A stretch of DNA of 64,000 bases from an uncultured Thermotogaceae bacterium (GTDB lineage Bacteria; Thermotogota; Thermotogae; Petrotogales; Kosmotogaceae): positions 915 to 64,914 of the forward strand of contig CAZSXB010000004.1 of assembly GCA_964611155.1 (NCBI GenBank), written 5' to 3'. A program made the position numbers and the translations under genes. Each line of letters begins with the position of its first letter. Position 1 is the stretch's first letter. Below, one piece after another: positions 1 to 7,543 of the stretch. The notes below the pieces were generated by a model. The model worked only from the letters and a program-made list of their open reading frames with translations, had not been told where the DNA came from and ran no database searches.

Positions 1-464
1 AAGGTTTCCAGAAATTCGATAGTCTTTCCCATATTCAGAATGCTCTTGACTCCCGAACATACTACTAACACGGTTGTGCGTGAGAGTTCGAAAATATCCT
101 GAGAAACATCCCATGGAACATCCCTGTGAACGCCTCCGATCCCGCCAGTGCACATGACCGAGATTCCTGCGTCTGATGCCAATCTGATGGTTGCACTGAC
201 TGTAGTGGCAGCATCTGCCCCCAAAGCGCAGGCAACCGGGATCTCTGAGGTAGCTGCTTTCATTATGCCACTGGCCGTTGCGAAGAACTCGATCTGTTCC
301 TGGCTGAGTCCGATTACGACGTTACCGTCTACTATTCCTATGGTTCTTGGTGTAGCCCCTTCTGATCTCACAAGTTGTTCCATAGAAAGAGCGGTCTGCA
401 GATTATGTGGAGCTGGCAGTCCGTGAGCAATTACGGTTGTCTCAAGAGCAACATCACAACTCAA
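1..464 (-). CDS. psuG: pseudouridine-5'-phosphate glycosidase (PsuG/IndA family), partial; 3' end lies beyond the left edge
   Basis: Not in the ORF track because it runs off the window. My own minus-strand translation gives ...CDVALETTVIAHGLPAPHNLQTA...GADAATTVSATIRLASDAGISVMCTGGIGGVHRD...VVCSGVKSILNMGKTIEFLET, which matches conserved PsuG/IndA blocks. Start is TTG 464 (GGGGGT 6 nt upstream) or ATG 521. Either start overlaps the rhomboid gene's 3' end. Confidence 0.8.
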   Translation of the reverse strand, partial: MSCDVALETTVIAHGLPAPHNLQTALSMEQLVRSEGATPRTIGIVDGNVVIGLSQEQIEFFATASGIMKAATSEIPVACALGADAATTVSATIRLASDAGISVMCTGGIGGVHRDVPWDVSQDIFELSRTTVLVVCSGVKSILNMGKTIEFLET

Positions 465-1155
465 AGTAGAACCCCCTTCGCTTTCTGCCGTGTCTTCTAT
501 TGTATCCTCTGGCCATAACATAGCCAAGAGCAAATCCTCCGATATGTGCCCACCAGGCGATTCCGGTTTGAGCAGAACCGATTATCGATAAGGTTCCGCT
601 TAGAAACTGCATGAAGAACCATATTATCAGGAAGGCATAAGCCGGGATATAGAAAAAGAACGGTATGAAAAACACCGGGACAAGTGTTAGGACCCTGCTC
701 CATGGGTAGAAGCACAGATAAGCACCCATCACTCCGGCAACAGCCCCGGATGCTCCAACAATTGGTCTGTCTAGCGTATGCGCAAACGCAAACTGAACCA
801 GGTTTGCTCCTACAGCCCATATGAGAAAATAGATGAGAAACCTGGTGTGCCCCAGTTTGTCCTCAACGTTGTCTCCAAAGACAAAGAGAACCCAGAGATT
901 TGTGAAGATGTGTGTCCATCCTCCGTGCATAAATGCTGAAGTTACAAACGGTAGTAGATTGAACCTGCTCAGCTCGAGCGGGAAGTCAGACGAAGTATAC
1001 CTTGCTGGAACGAGACCATAGGTATAGAAGAACCTCAGCAACTCCCTTTCACCAAGGTTCAGTGAATACACAAAGACGAGAATGTTCACTGCCAGAACAC
1101 CGTATAGAACATATGATCGCCTGTAGGCCGGAATGGTGTCCATTATCGGAATCAT
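454..1155 (-). CDS. rhomboid family intramembrane serine protease
   Basis: 233-aa multi-pass hydrophobic ORF. Carries rhomboid signatures HGGWTHIFTNLW (H-x3-N), catalytic GASGAVAG (GxSG) and a downstream HIGG His. Confidence 0.85.
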   Translation of the reverse strand: MIPIMDTIPAYRRSYVLYGVLAVNILVFVYSLNLGERELLRFFYTYGLVPARYTSSDFPLELSRFNLLPFVTSAFMHGGWTHIFTNLWVLFVFGDNVEDKLGHTRFLIYFLIWAVGANLVQFAFAHTLDRPIVGASGAVAGVMGAYLCFYPWSRVLTLVPVFFIPFFFYIPAYAFLIIWFFMQFLSGTLSIIGSAQTGIAWWAHIGGFALGYVMARGYNRRHGRKRRGFYFEL

Positions 1156-1222
1156 GGGCGCTCACTTCTCCTGTCGCTCTTATTCTATCAGTTAAGAGAC
1201 AATGGGAATCGTCATACTCTTC

Positions 1223-1251
1223 TTGACAGTAAGCATGGCGTATTGTAGAAT
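1223..1251 (+). promoter_or_regulatory. sigma-70-type promoter of tRNA-Asp
   Basis: TTGACA (1223-1228), 17-nt spacer, TAGAAT (1246-1251). The -10 box ends 10 nt before the tRNA 5' end. Confidence 0.6.
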
Positions 1252-1261
1252 CATTCATGCT

Positions 1262-1338
1262 GGGGACGTGGTGCAGTTGGTTAGCATGCCGGTCTGTCAC
1301 ACCGGTGGCCGCGAGTTCGAGTCTCGTCGTCCCCGCCA
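1262..1338 (+). tRNA. tRNA-Asp (anticodon GTC)
   Basis: Manual cloverleaf: acceptor GGGGACG/CGTCCCC, anticodon stem CCGGT/ACCGG with loop CTGTCAC, T-arm GCGAG-TTCGAGT-CTCGT, discriminator G, encoded CCA. Confidence 0.93.
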
Positions 1339-1340
1339 AA

Positions 1341-1366
1341 AGGGCCCTGAAGGGCTCTTTTTTTTG
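1341..1366 (+). terminator. intrinsic terminator after tRNA-Asp (probably bidirectional)
   Basis: GGGCCC-TGAA-GGGCTC hairpin with one G-T pair, followed by T8. A short A-run on the 5' side gives TTTT on the minus strand, just downstream of the convergent 193-aa ORF. Confidence 0.7.
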
Positions 1367-1397
1367 CAGCTGCAACCGCGAGGCAAAACACGCATTG

Positions 1398-1979
1398 TTA
1401 TAGTATAAGCATATGCTTTTCTATATGGGCAAAGACGACTTCAAGGTCATTTAGAATGCTTTGACCTGCACCCCGAATGGTATCTTCAAAGGCAAACCGG
1501 GGGTCCAGATGCACAATAAAGCGGTCTCGATATCTCTTCAGTGCGGAAATGCTTGGATCAATGCGGTTCTCTTCTTCATCGAGAATATCGAGTAGAGGAT
1601 AAACCTGGTTCCTGAACTGCTTCATGGCTGCCTGACGAAGGAGTTCTCTGTATCGTCTCAGGGTATAGCCGCTGTTTTTGACGAGTTTTGTTGACTTAAT
1701 GATCGCACTCTCGAACAGTATGTCACTGAGGGTTCTTGAACTCTCTCGGTGTTGCCTGAGGAGTTCAAGTCTGCTCTTGAGCTCACTGATTTCTCTTCGT
1801 AAACAATCGCTTCGTCTGGAAACTAATAGACGCTTCTCTGTTTTCACCCTGCTTAGTAGGTCCATGGATTGATTATATCTCGAGAGAATTCTGATAAGCG
1901 GCGAAGCTTCCTGGTTATATACTTCAATCTCATCAATCCTTGAAACGATGAGTAGAAAAGAATGCTCTTTGAACTCCAT
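1398..1979 (-). CDS. hypothetical protein (193 aa, Arg/Leu/Glu-rich, helical-looking)
   Basis: Uninterrupted 193-codon ORF filling the gap between tRNA-Asp and tRNA-Cys on the opposite strand. No family recognised. No clear SD before ATG 1979. Confidence 0.5.
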   Translation of the reverse strand: MEFKEHSFLLIVSRIDEIEVYNQEASPLIRILSRYNQSMDLLSRVKTEKRLLVSRRSDCLRREISELKSRLELLRQHRESSRTLSDILFESAIIKSTKLVKNSGYTLRRYRELLRQAAMKQFRNQVYPLLDILDEEENRIDPSISALKRYRDRFIVHLDPRFAFEDTIRGAGQSILNDLEVVFAHIEKHMLIL

Positions 1980-2005
1980 CAGGAGCTGTCATGGTGAGGA
2001 TTCTG

Positions 2006-2034
2006 TTGAAAGCAAGGGAAGAGAGTGATAGAAT
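2006..2034 (+). promoter_or_regulatory. sigma-70-type promoter of tRNA-Cys
   Basis: TTGAAA (2006-2011), 17-nt spacer, TAGAAT (2029-2034), 9 nt before the tRNA 5' end. Confidence 0.6.
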
Positions 2035-2043
2035 CTATGTTGC

Positions 2044-2120
2044 GGCGACGTAGCCAAGGGGTCAAAGGCGGAGGTCTGCAAAATCTCTATTCGAGGGTTC
2101 AAATCCCTCCGTCGCCTCCA
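2044..2120 (+). tRNA. tRNA-Cys (anticodon GCA)
   Basis: Acceptor GGCGACG/CGTCGCC, anticodon stem GAGGT/ATCTC with loop CTGCAAA, T-arm GAGGG-TTCAAAT-CCCTC, discriminator T, encoded CCA. Confidence 0.9.
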
Positions 2121-2653
2121 GGGGAAGGATTGTCCTTCCCTTTTTTTGTGTCGCCCAGGTGTTTCTTCTTCAGTGTTTCGATTATGTGCTGAAGAACTTC
2201 TTGCTGGTTGCTTCTTGATAGAAGGATCAGCTGGCCATCTATTCTCTTTCTCAGATCTACCACGAACTCGCCTTGTCCCTGTCTCAGGACACAAATAAAT
2301 CTGGAAGAGCGTTTCAAGAGTGAGGTAATCGCGGACATGTACTTGTGAGAGCACTCCTCCAGATAGCCGACTTCGTCCACAAGCAGAAGGCGTTCTCCAG
2401 GATCCAGTAAATCGATCTGATCAGCTGCTCTGTCAAATGCCTCCACAACAGGAATCATCCGGTGCTTCTTCCTGAACGCTACTTTGAAAATCCTGTCTTG
2501 AAAAGTTGACAGTTTAAGAGTGTTTCGATCAGGAGTGAATGCAGTCCTGACAATGACAGAGTCGAAGGAGGACGCGATGCTGTTCACCAGAAAAGACTTT
2601 CCAGCACCTCGTGATCCAGTTATGAAAAAAGACCGAAACATGTGTTCAGGCAT
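2099..2653 (-). CDS. THEP1/NTPCR-type P-loop nucleoside-triphosphatase
   Basis: Walker A ITGSRGAGKS and Walker B LLLVDEVG, with size typical of THEP1-like NTPases. ATG 2653 overlaps the upstream TGA (ATGCCTGA); ATG 2641 is also possible. The last ~17 codons read antisense through the tRNA-Cys terminator and T-arm. Confidence 0.65.
   Translation of the reverse strand: MPEHMFRSFFITGSRGAGKSFLVNSIASSFDSVIVRTAFTPDRNTLKLSTFQDRIFKVAFRKKHRMIPVVEAFDRAADQIDLLDPGERLLLVDEVGYLEECSHKYMSAITSLLKRSSRFICVLRQGQGEFVVDLRKRIDGQLILLSRSNQQEVLQHIIETLKKKHLGDTKKGKDNPSPGGDGGI
2121..2148 (+). terminator. intrinsic terminator after tRNA-Cys
   Basis: GGGAAGG-ATTGT-CCTTCCC hairpin directly followed by T7. Confidence 0.7.
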
Positions 2654-3815
2654 CAGATCCTGAATGACCATTAACAACCCGCTCGTAAAGACGGAGTGTC
2701 TTCTTCGCATTCGCAATATCGGAGAAACTCAGGGAGAGTTTCCTTGAGTTTTCTGAGAACTCCCGCAACATGTGGTCGTTTTCCATGAGGTTCAGCATTG
2801 AATCATGCATTTTATCCTTATCCGGACAGAGAAAACCGTTCTCTTTATCAATGACCATTCCGAGAAACGAATCATCTTTGTAAGCAATGACTGGAAGCCC
2901 AGCTGCGATAGCTTCAAGAACCACAAGGCCGAAGGTTTCGGTGTGAGAGGCAATGACGAAGACGTCACTCGAATGATAAGCGAGAGATACTTCGTCTGGC
3001 CAGTTCAGATACCCTGCGAACGTGACATTGTCAGCGATTTTCATACTGGAAGCCATTCTTCTGAGATAACCTTCTTGAGGGCCTCCGCCTACAATGAGCA
3101 AATGGGCATCTTTTCGAACTTTCAGCAGTCGTTCCAGGTTTTCTAGCAGCTTGTCAATACTCTTTTCCTCGCCCAGTCTTCCCACAAAGACGAAGATCCT
3201 TCTCTCCGGGGGAATACCGAAACGCTTTCTGAATTCCGTGATTTCCTGCCTGCTGAAGTCCTTTTGAAATGGTTCGAGTTTGACGCCGTTTGGGATGACT
3301 TCGATAGGTGCTGTAACGCCGTACCCGAGAAGGAGTTTCTTTATCTTCTCTGATGGTGCAATAACTGCCCTGTAGTGATTGCAGAATCGCCTGGTCTCGC
3401 CTTTCATGTAGACCCTGAGGAGTGGTTCCATAAAAGGGATGTAATGAACGTACTCCTCCATCATTGTGTGATAAGTGTTTATACCGGGGATTTTGAGTGA
3501 TCTCGCCACAAATCCCGCAACGTACCCCACGATCACAGGCGTATGTGTGTGAATGATATCGATCTCTTTGGCTGAAACATCTCTAACAATCTTCTTGTAG
3601 TCAACCGGAAAGCCGATTCTCTGGTCTTTCTCCCATGGGAACTTTACGGAAGGTATTCTGTAAACATAATCCCTTTTGGTTGCTTTTGGGTGATCGACCG
3701 TGTATATGTAGACTCTATGCCCCATTTCTCGAAGGTTCTCCTCAAGCAACCTGATCATTGTGACAACACCATTTACCTGGGGAAGATACGTGTCGCTGAA
3801 CATTGCAACATTCAA
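2646..3815 (-). CDS. GT4-family (GT-B) glycosyltransferase, glycosyl-diacylglycerol synthase-like
   Basis: N-terminal NVAMFSDTYLPQVNGV and C-terminal TETFGLVVLEAIAAGLPV blocks typical of GT4 enzymes. Start moved to TTG 3815 (GGAGGTGA 7 nt upstream). The longest ORF's ATG 3848 lies inside the divergent tRNA-Gln promoter. Confidence 0.85.
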   Translation of the reverse strand: MNVAMFSDTYLPQVNGVVTMIRLLEENLREMGHRVYIYTVDHPKATKRDYVYRIPSVKFPWEKDQRIGFPVDYKKIVRDVSAKEIDIIHTHTPVIVGYVAGFVARSLKIPGINTYHTMMEEYVHYIPFMEPLLRVYMKGETRRFCNHYRAVIAPSEKIKKLLLGYGVTAPIEVIPNGVKLEPFQKDFSRQEITEFRKRFGIPPERRIFVFVGRLGEEKSIDKLLENLERLLKVRKDAHLLIVGGGPQEGYLRRMASSMKIADNVTFAGYLNWPDEVSLAYHSSDVFVIASHTETFGLVVLEAIAAGLPVIAYKDDSFLGMVIDKENGFLCPDKDKMHDSMLNLMENDHMLREFSENSRKLSLSFSDIANAKKTLRLYERVVNGHSGSDA

Positions 3816-3835
3816 TCTGTGATCACCTCCGAGTG

Positions 3836-3864
3836 TTGACACCCCCACTACCTTACATTATAAT
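3836..3864 (+). promoter_or_regulatory. consensus sigma-70-type promoter of tRNA-Gln
   Basis: TTGACA (3836-3841), 17-nt spacer, TATAAT (3859-3864), 11 nt before the tRNA 5' end. Confidence 0.65.
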
Positions 3865-3875
3865 CAATTTGACCC

Positions 3876-3950
3876 TGGGAGGTCGTCTAATTGGTAGGAC
3901 AGCGGACTCTGGATCCGCCGGTGGAGGTTCAAGTCCTCCCCTCCCAGCCA
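3876..3950 (+). tRNA. tRNA-Gln (anticodon CTG)
   Basis: Acceptor TGGGAGG/CCTCCCA (the U1-A72 pair typical of bacterial tRNA-Gln), anticodon stem GCGGA/TCCGC with loop CTCTGGA, T-arm GGAGG-TTCAAGT-CCTCC, encoded CCA. Confidence 0.9.
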
Positions 3951-3955
3951 TTTTC

Positions 3956-4588
3956 TCAGACAACACTCCTTGCCACTGAAATGAGTACGACACTTACTAC
4001 TCCGCCGGCTTTTAGCATCCTTGCACACTCACTGGCTGTTGATCCCGTAGTCACGACATCATCGAAAAGTATTACCCTCTCTGGAAACTCCTCGCTGCGG
4101 CATAAGAAACTCTCTCTGACATTTTGCTTTCTTTCTTCCATTTTCAGCAGTGATTGTTGTTGTCGACTGCCTCTGGAGACAAGCGCATCCAGCAGTTTGA
4201 AGTCTATCATTTTGCTCAGGTGCCGTAGAATCAGGCGATTCGGATCGAACCCGCGTCTCCGGAGAGCGTCTGTGGTCGTTGGAACCGGGACTACGGGAAG
4301 TGTCATATCCAGAGATACTGCATAAATTGTCTTGAAAACGATCTTTGCGAGATACTTCGAAATACGATGTCTCCCAAAGAACTTGTATTGTCTGAGGATT
4401 TCGCTCATCGGTGGTTCATACCGCCAGAAAGCATATGCCTGATCTATGTGAGGATATGAACAAGGTGAAAACATAGGACCGTTCATCTTCGATTCGCATC
4501 TTTCACAGACGACGAGTGAACATGGAATGGGATTTGTACACCCAGCACAGTAATTCGGGAGGACTGATCTGAAAACTACGTCAACCAT
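3956..4588 (-). CDS. comF: ComF/ComFC family protein (zinc-finger + phosphoribosyltransferase-like domain)
   Basis: N-terminal double CxxC (CAGC ... CERC) plus C-terminal PRTase motif VILFDDVVTTGST. ATG 4588 overlaps the helicase stop by 13 nt. Confidence 0.8.
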   Translation of the reverse strand: MVDVVFRSVLPNYCAGCTNPIPCSLVVCERCESKMNGPMFSPCSYPHIDQAYAFWRYEPPMSEILRQYKFFGRHRISKYLAKIVFKTIYAVSLDMTLPVVPVPTTTDALRRRGFDPNRLILRHLSKMIDFKLLDALVSRGSRQQQSLLKMEERKQNVRESFLCRSEEFPERVILFDDVVTTGSTASECARMLKAGGVVSVVLISVARSVV

Positions 4589-7140
4589 TTTGTTCTCTTG
4601 AGGTTTCTGAGTGTAGCAAGGATCTTCTTTTTTGATACTCTTTCGACCTCAAGGCCCACAGGCAAGGAGTTCAGTAATTTGACAGAGTAGTTTCTTGCTG
4701 AATCGGTGATTCTTTTATCCAGAACGATTACAACGCCGTGGTCGTCTCTCGTGCGAATCACTCTTCCTATACCCTGCCTGAACATTGTTATCATTTTTGG
4801 GTAGTAGTACTTATAGAGCCCTTCCATGAAACTGTGTCGCCCATAGTATCCTATTCTTGCTCGAGTAATGGGCTCATCAGGCCTGTCAAACGGTAGTTTG
4901 AAGATAATGAGCAGTTTCAGTTTGTCTCCAGGAAGATCAATTCCTTCCCAGAAGGTTCGAGTTCCGAAGATCACCGATTTGTCGCTTATCGAATGCTCGG
5001 CGAGCATTACACTAGCACTCTCAGAACGTGACTGGACTTTTAGTTCCAGGCTTCCCAGGTCTCTGTGGATTTTCGATACGACGTATTCCATGTCATTGTA
5101 AGACGTGAATAGCACCGCTGATCCTCCGCCGACGATATCAAGGGCCTCACGAATCAAAGAAGCACCAGAGTCAAGGTATTCATCAGAGTTCTGGTAGTAC
5201 TCGGGCATGTCATCAGTGAGCATAAATCTCAATTGCTTGCCGAAATCAAATGATGTTCCCAGTTTCAAGGCATGAAAATCGTCTTCGAGACCCAGAATTC
5301 GTCGAGAGTAGTTAAAACCATCACTTCCCCTGCTGAAGACCCACATCGTTGCAGAGATGAAGATCTTTATGGGGATAGTATTGAGAATATCTGATACCAA
5401 CGCATCGTTTCCGATGGGGGAAGAGGATATCCTGGGATTATTGGGTCCCTCCGAAGGAGTAAGATAAGCTATTCTGTTGTTGTCGTTATGGCATATACCC
5501 GAAACCTGTCTGATCAGCTCAAAGACACGAGCTTTCAGAACCCTAAGCTTATCGGTGTAGGGGCCTGAATCCACACCCGAATTCTCACGAAGCTCTTCCT
5601 CGTACACCTCATTGAGCTGGACTACCATTGACGAAAGACCCCGCAGAAGGCTCTCAAGATCCTGGAGTATCTGCCTGATCTTCGCGAGTTCATCACCGTC
5701 AAGAGTCATATTGCTCTTGATTATTTGCTTATTGATTAGACCATGGAGCTTCTTTGCCGAGAGATCTATCACTTTCCTGAGCTCGGATAATCTGGTCTTG
5801 AGAGATTCCATGAAGGATTCATCAAAGGTTCTTATGTCCTGTGTGAGGAGCTTTTCAAAGATTCTTGAAGCTTCATCGGTGATTTCCAGCACTTCATCGG
5901 GTGATACTGCGAAGGTAAGACTGTCAGTCAGGGCCTTTTCAAAACCATGTGCTTCGTCTATTACCATGAGTTCAAAGCGCGGTAGTAGTATTCCTTCATC
6001 AGTGTCAAATTCAGGGGTCCTCATCTGGATTTCACTGGAGAGAAGCGAATGGCTGGTTATCACAATATCTGCATTTTTTGCATTTTCTCGCGCTATGTAG
6101 TAAGGGCAGCGGGTTCTGTCCACGCAAAGTCTCGATACACAATCGAATCTATTTGAGCTAACGGCTTTGCGAGTAGCCTCTGTTACTCTTATTCTGTCAA
6201 GATCTGCGTCGGGAGTTACCAGAGACCACAGGAGCAGCGCAAGTCCTTCCCTGCTCCTGGTCCCAATCGCTGGTTGACGCAACATGCTGTTAGTGAAGTG
6301 AACCAATCTGGAAGGACAGAGATAACGCTCTCTGCCCTTCAGAGAACAAGTCCTGGTATTACTGAGCTCAGGAAGTTTTCGCATTATCTGTACGTCCTTG
6401 TGCATTAGTTGATCTTGAAGTGTTCTTGTTCTTGTGGATACCACTGCCCTTCTTCCTGACGAGAGCACATGATAAGCGATGGGCACAAGATAAGCAAGCG
6501 TTTTTCCGGTTCCTGTTCCGCTTTCCAGAAGTATACCTTTGTCAAGTGTAATCGACTCAGCAATCTCCATGGCAGTCTGCAGTTGTTCTTGCCTGAACTC
6601 ATAGCCTTCGTGAATATCCTCAAGAAGACCATTCTCGGCAAATACTAGTTTGGTTGCCTCAGAAAGATCTATTTGCTTTCTCGTTCTTCTCTGTTTTCTC
6701 ATTCGTTGGAGTTTTGAACACACGTGTTCCTGCCAGGAACTATGGCTCTCTGAAGCAGATATTCCGTGGATCAAGAATCTCTTCACTGCTACGCCTGAGG
6801 GCAGTAGATCTTCTACCAGGGCTATCAGGTCGGTTGTCAGTTGCTTCAGAGCTGAAAGGTAATATCCGACTCTTGTTTCAACGGAGCTTGATAGGTGAGA
6901 AAAGCACAGTCTCAGGAAATCCTCATCAACGCAGTCAGGGAAGCTTTTCAGTCTTGCGAAGGACCTGTCATCGTCACAGAACAGAAGAGCATTTTCGCCG
7001 TCAAACAGCTCTTCAATCTCTTTCTCGAAGAGATGCCTGGTTTCTCCAGTTTCCAGAGATTTCAATTCGATCTTTTTTGATCGTGACGAAAGCGTCCTCG
7101 CGAAATAGATCTTGAGAGAGTCCTGCAGAAGACACACCAC
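4576..7140 (-). CDS. DinG/XPD-like (Rad3 family) ATP-dependent DNA helicase
   Basis: Walker A ESGTGTGKT and DEAH box VIDEAH. Four Cys (CPSRL; CVSRLCVDRTRCPYY) sit where the XPD/DinG Fe-S domain lies. C-terminal motif VI-like GIGRVIRTRDDHGVVIVLD. A ~185-aa N-terminal extension has no recognised motif. GTG 7140 has no SD and abuts the tRNA-Leu terminator, so the true start is uncertain. Confidence 0.8.
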   Translation of the reverse strand: MVCLLQDSLKIYFARTLSSRSKKIELKSLETGETRHLFEKEIEELFDGENALLFCDDDRSFARLKSFPDCVDEDFLRLCFSHLSSSVETRVGYYLSALKQLTTDLIALVEDLLPSGVAVKRFLIHGISASESHSSWQEHVCSKLQRMRKQRRTRKQIDLSEATKLVFAENGLLEDIHEGYEFRQEQLQTAMEIAESITLDKGILLESGTGTGKTLAYLVPIAYHVLSSGRRAVVSTRTRTLQDQLMHKDVQIMRKLPELSNTRTCSLKGRERYLCPSRLVHFTNSMLRQPAIGTRSREGLALLLWSLVTPDADLDRIRVTEATRKAVSSNRFDCVSRLCVDRTRCPYYIARENAKNADIVITSHSLLSSEIQMRTPEFDTDEGILLPRFELMVIDEAHGFEKALTDSLTFAVSPDEVLEITDEASRIFEKLLTQDIRTFDESFMESLKTRLSELRKVIDLSAKKLHGLINKQIIKSNMTLDGDELAKIRQILQDLESLLRGLSSMVVQLNEVYEEELRENSGVDSGPYTDKLRVLKARVFELIRQVSGICHNDNNRIAYLTPSEGPNNPRISSSPIGNDALVSDILNTIPIKIFISATMWVFSRGSDGFNYSRRILGLEDDFHALKLGTSFDFGKQLRFMLTDDMPEYYQNSDEYLDSGASLIREALDIVGGGSAVLFTSYNDMEYVVSKIHRDLGSLELKVQSRSESASVMLAEHSISDKSVIFGTRTFWEGIDLPGDKLKLLIIFKLPFDRPDEPITRARIGYYGRHSFMEGLYKYYYPKMITMFRQGIGRVIRTRDDHGVVIVLDKRITDSARNYSVKLLNSLPVGLEVERVSKKKILATLRNLKRTKWLT

Positions 7141-7141
7141 C

Positions 7142-7168
7142 CAAAAAGAAACCGGGGTGACCCCGGTT
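7142..7168 (-). terminator. intrinsic terminator after tRNA-Leu
   Basis: Minus-strand AACCGGGG-TCA-CCCCGGTT hairpin followed by TCTTTTTGG. Confidence 0.65.
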
Positions 7169-7171
7169 TTC

Positions 7172-7260
7172 TGGTGCCGAGGGCGGGACTTGAACCCGCA
7201 CGAACTTCAGCGTTCACATGGCCCTCAACCATGCGTGTCTGCCAATTCCACCACCTCGGC
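7172..7260 (-). tRNA. tRNA-Leu (anticodon GAG), long variable arm
   Basis: The reverse complement folds with acceptor GCCGAGG/CCTCGGC, anticodon stem CATGG/CCATG with loop TTGAGGG, a long variable arm, T-arm GCGGG-TTCAAGT-CCCGC and encoded CCA. Confidence 0.92.
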
Positions 7261-7272
7261 AATTCAAAGAGA

Positions 7273-7301
7273 ATTATAGCCCGGTGTCAGATCTTTGTCA
7301 A
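7273..7301 (-). promoter_or_regulatory. consensus sigma-70-type promoter of tRNA-Leu
   Basis: Minus strand: TTGACA (7301-7296), 17-nt spacer, TATAAT (7278-7273), 12 nt before the tRNA 5' end. Confidence 0.65.
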
Positions 7302-7321
7302 GGATGCAAAAGCCCGGTAGA

Positions 7322-7543
7322 TCAGGGAAGAAGCGTATAGCCCTTGTCTGCGAGAATCTCTCTTATCGTCTCTCTGTCGATCAACGCATTCTCGTATTCG
7401 ATCTCGACAACCCCGGCATCCACTATAGGGTCCACTTTTACTATTCCACTTTCTGTCTTCAACGCTTCCCTTATACTGTCTGCATCTTCTTCGGAAGTCA
7501 GTTCTCTCACCTGAAAAATCCTCAGTACTCTAGGTATCTTCAT
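7322..7543 (-). CDS. small hypothetical protein, HMA/ferredoxin-fold-like but lacking a CxxC metal site
   Basis: 73-aa ORF whose ATG overlaps the fmt stop (ATGA). The alternating pattern resembles heavy-metal-associated domains, but the protein contains no Cys. Confidence 0.45.
   Translation of the reverse strand: MKIPRVLRIFQVRELTSEEDADSIREALKTESGIVKVDPIVDAGVVEIEYENALIDRETIREILADKGYTLLP

Noticed and set aside
148-426. 92-aa plus-strand ORF in the ORF track
   Set aside because: It lies antisense to a clear PsuG coding frame that I translated by hand. Its composition is Ala/Ser/Pro-rich and typical of antisense reading.
1369-2005. Possible structured RNA (RNase P RNA, tmRNA, SRP RNA) on the plus strand between tRNA-Asp and tRNA-Cys
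   Set aside because: I found none of the conserved signatures I know, such as a GAGGAAAGTCC-type P4 or a tmRNA tRNA-like end. The interval is filled by a 193-codon minus-strand ORF.
1262-3950. Integrated mobile element using the tRNA genes as attachment sites
   Set aside because: There is no integrase, recombinase or phage gene. I saw no duplicated tRNA 3' segment nearby. The intervening genes look chromosomal.
5612-6100. Long internal antisense ORFs. Examples: 5612-6100, 18034-18666, 35217-35753, 47914-48411, 48895-49392.
   Set aside because: Each lies wholly inside a confidently assigned gene on the other strand and has low-complexity Ser/Arg/Leu-rich translations.
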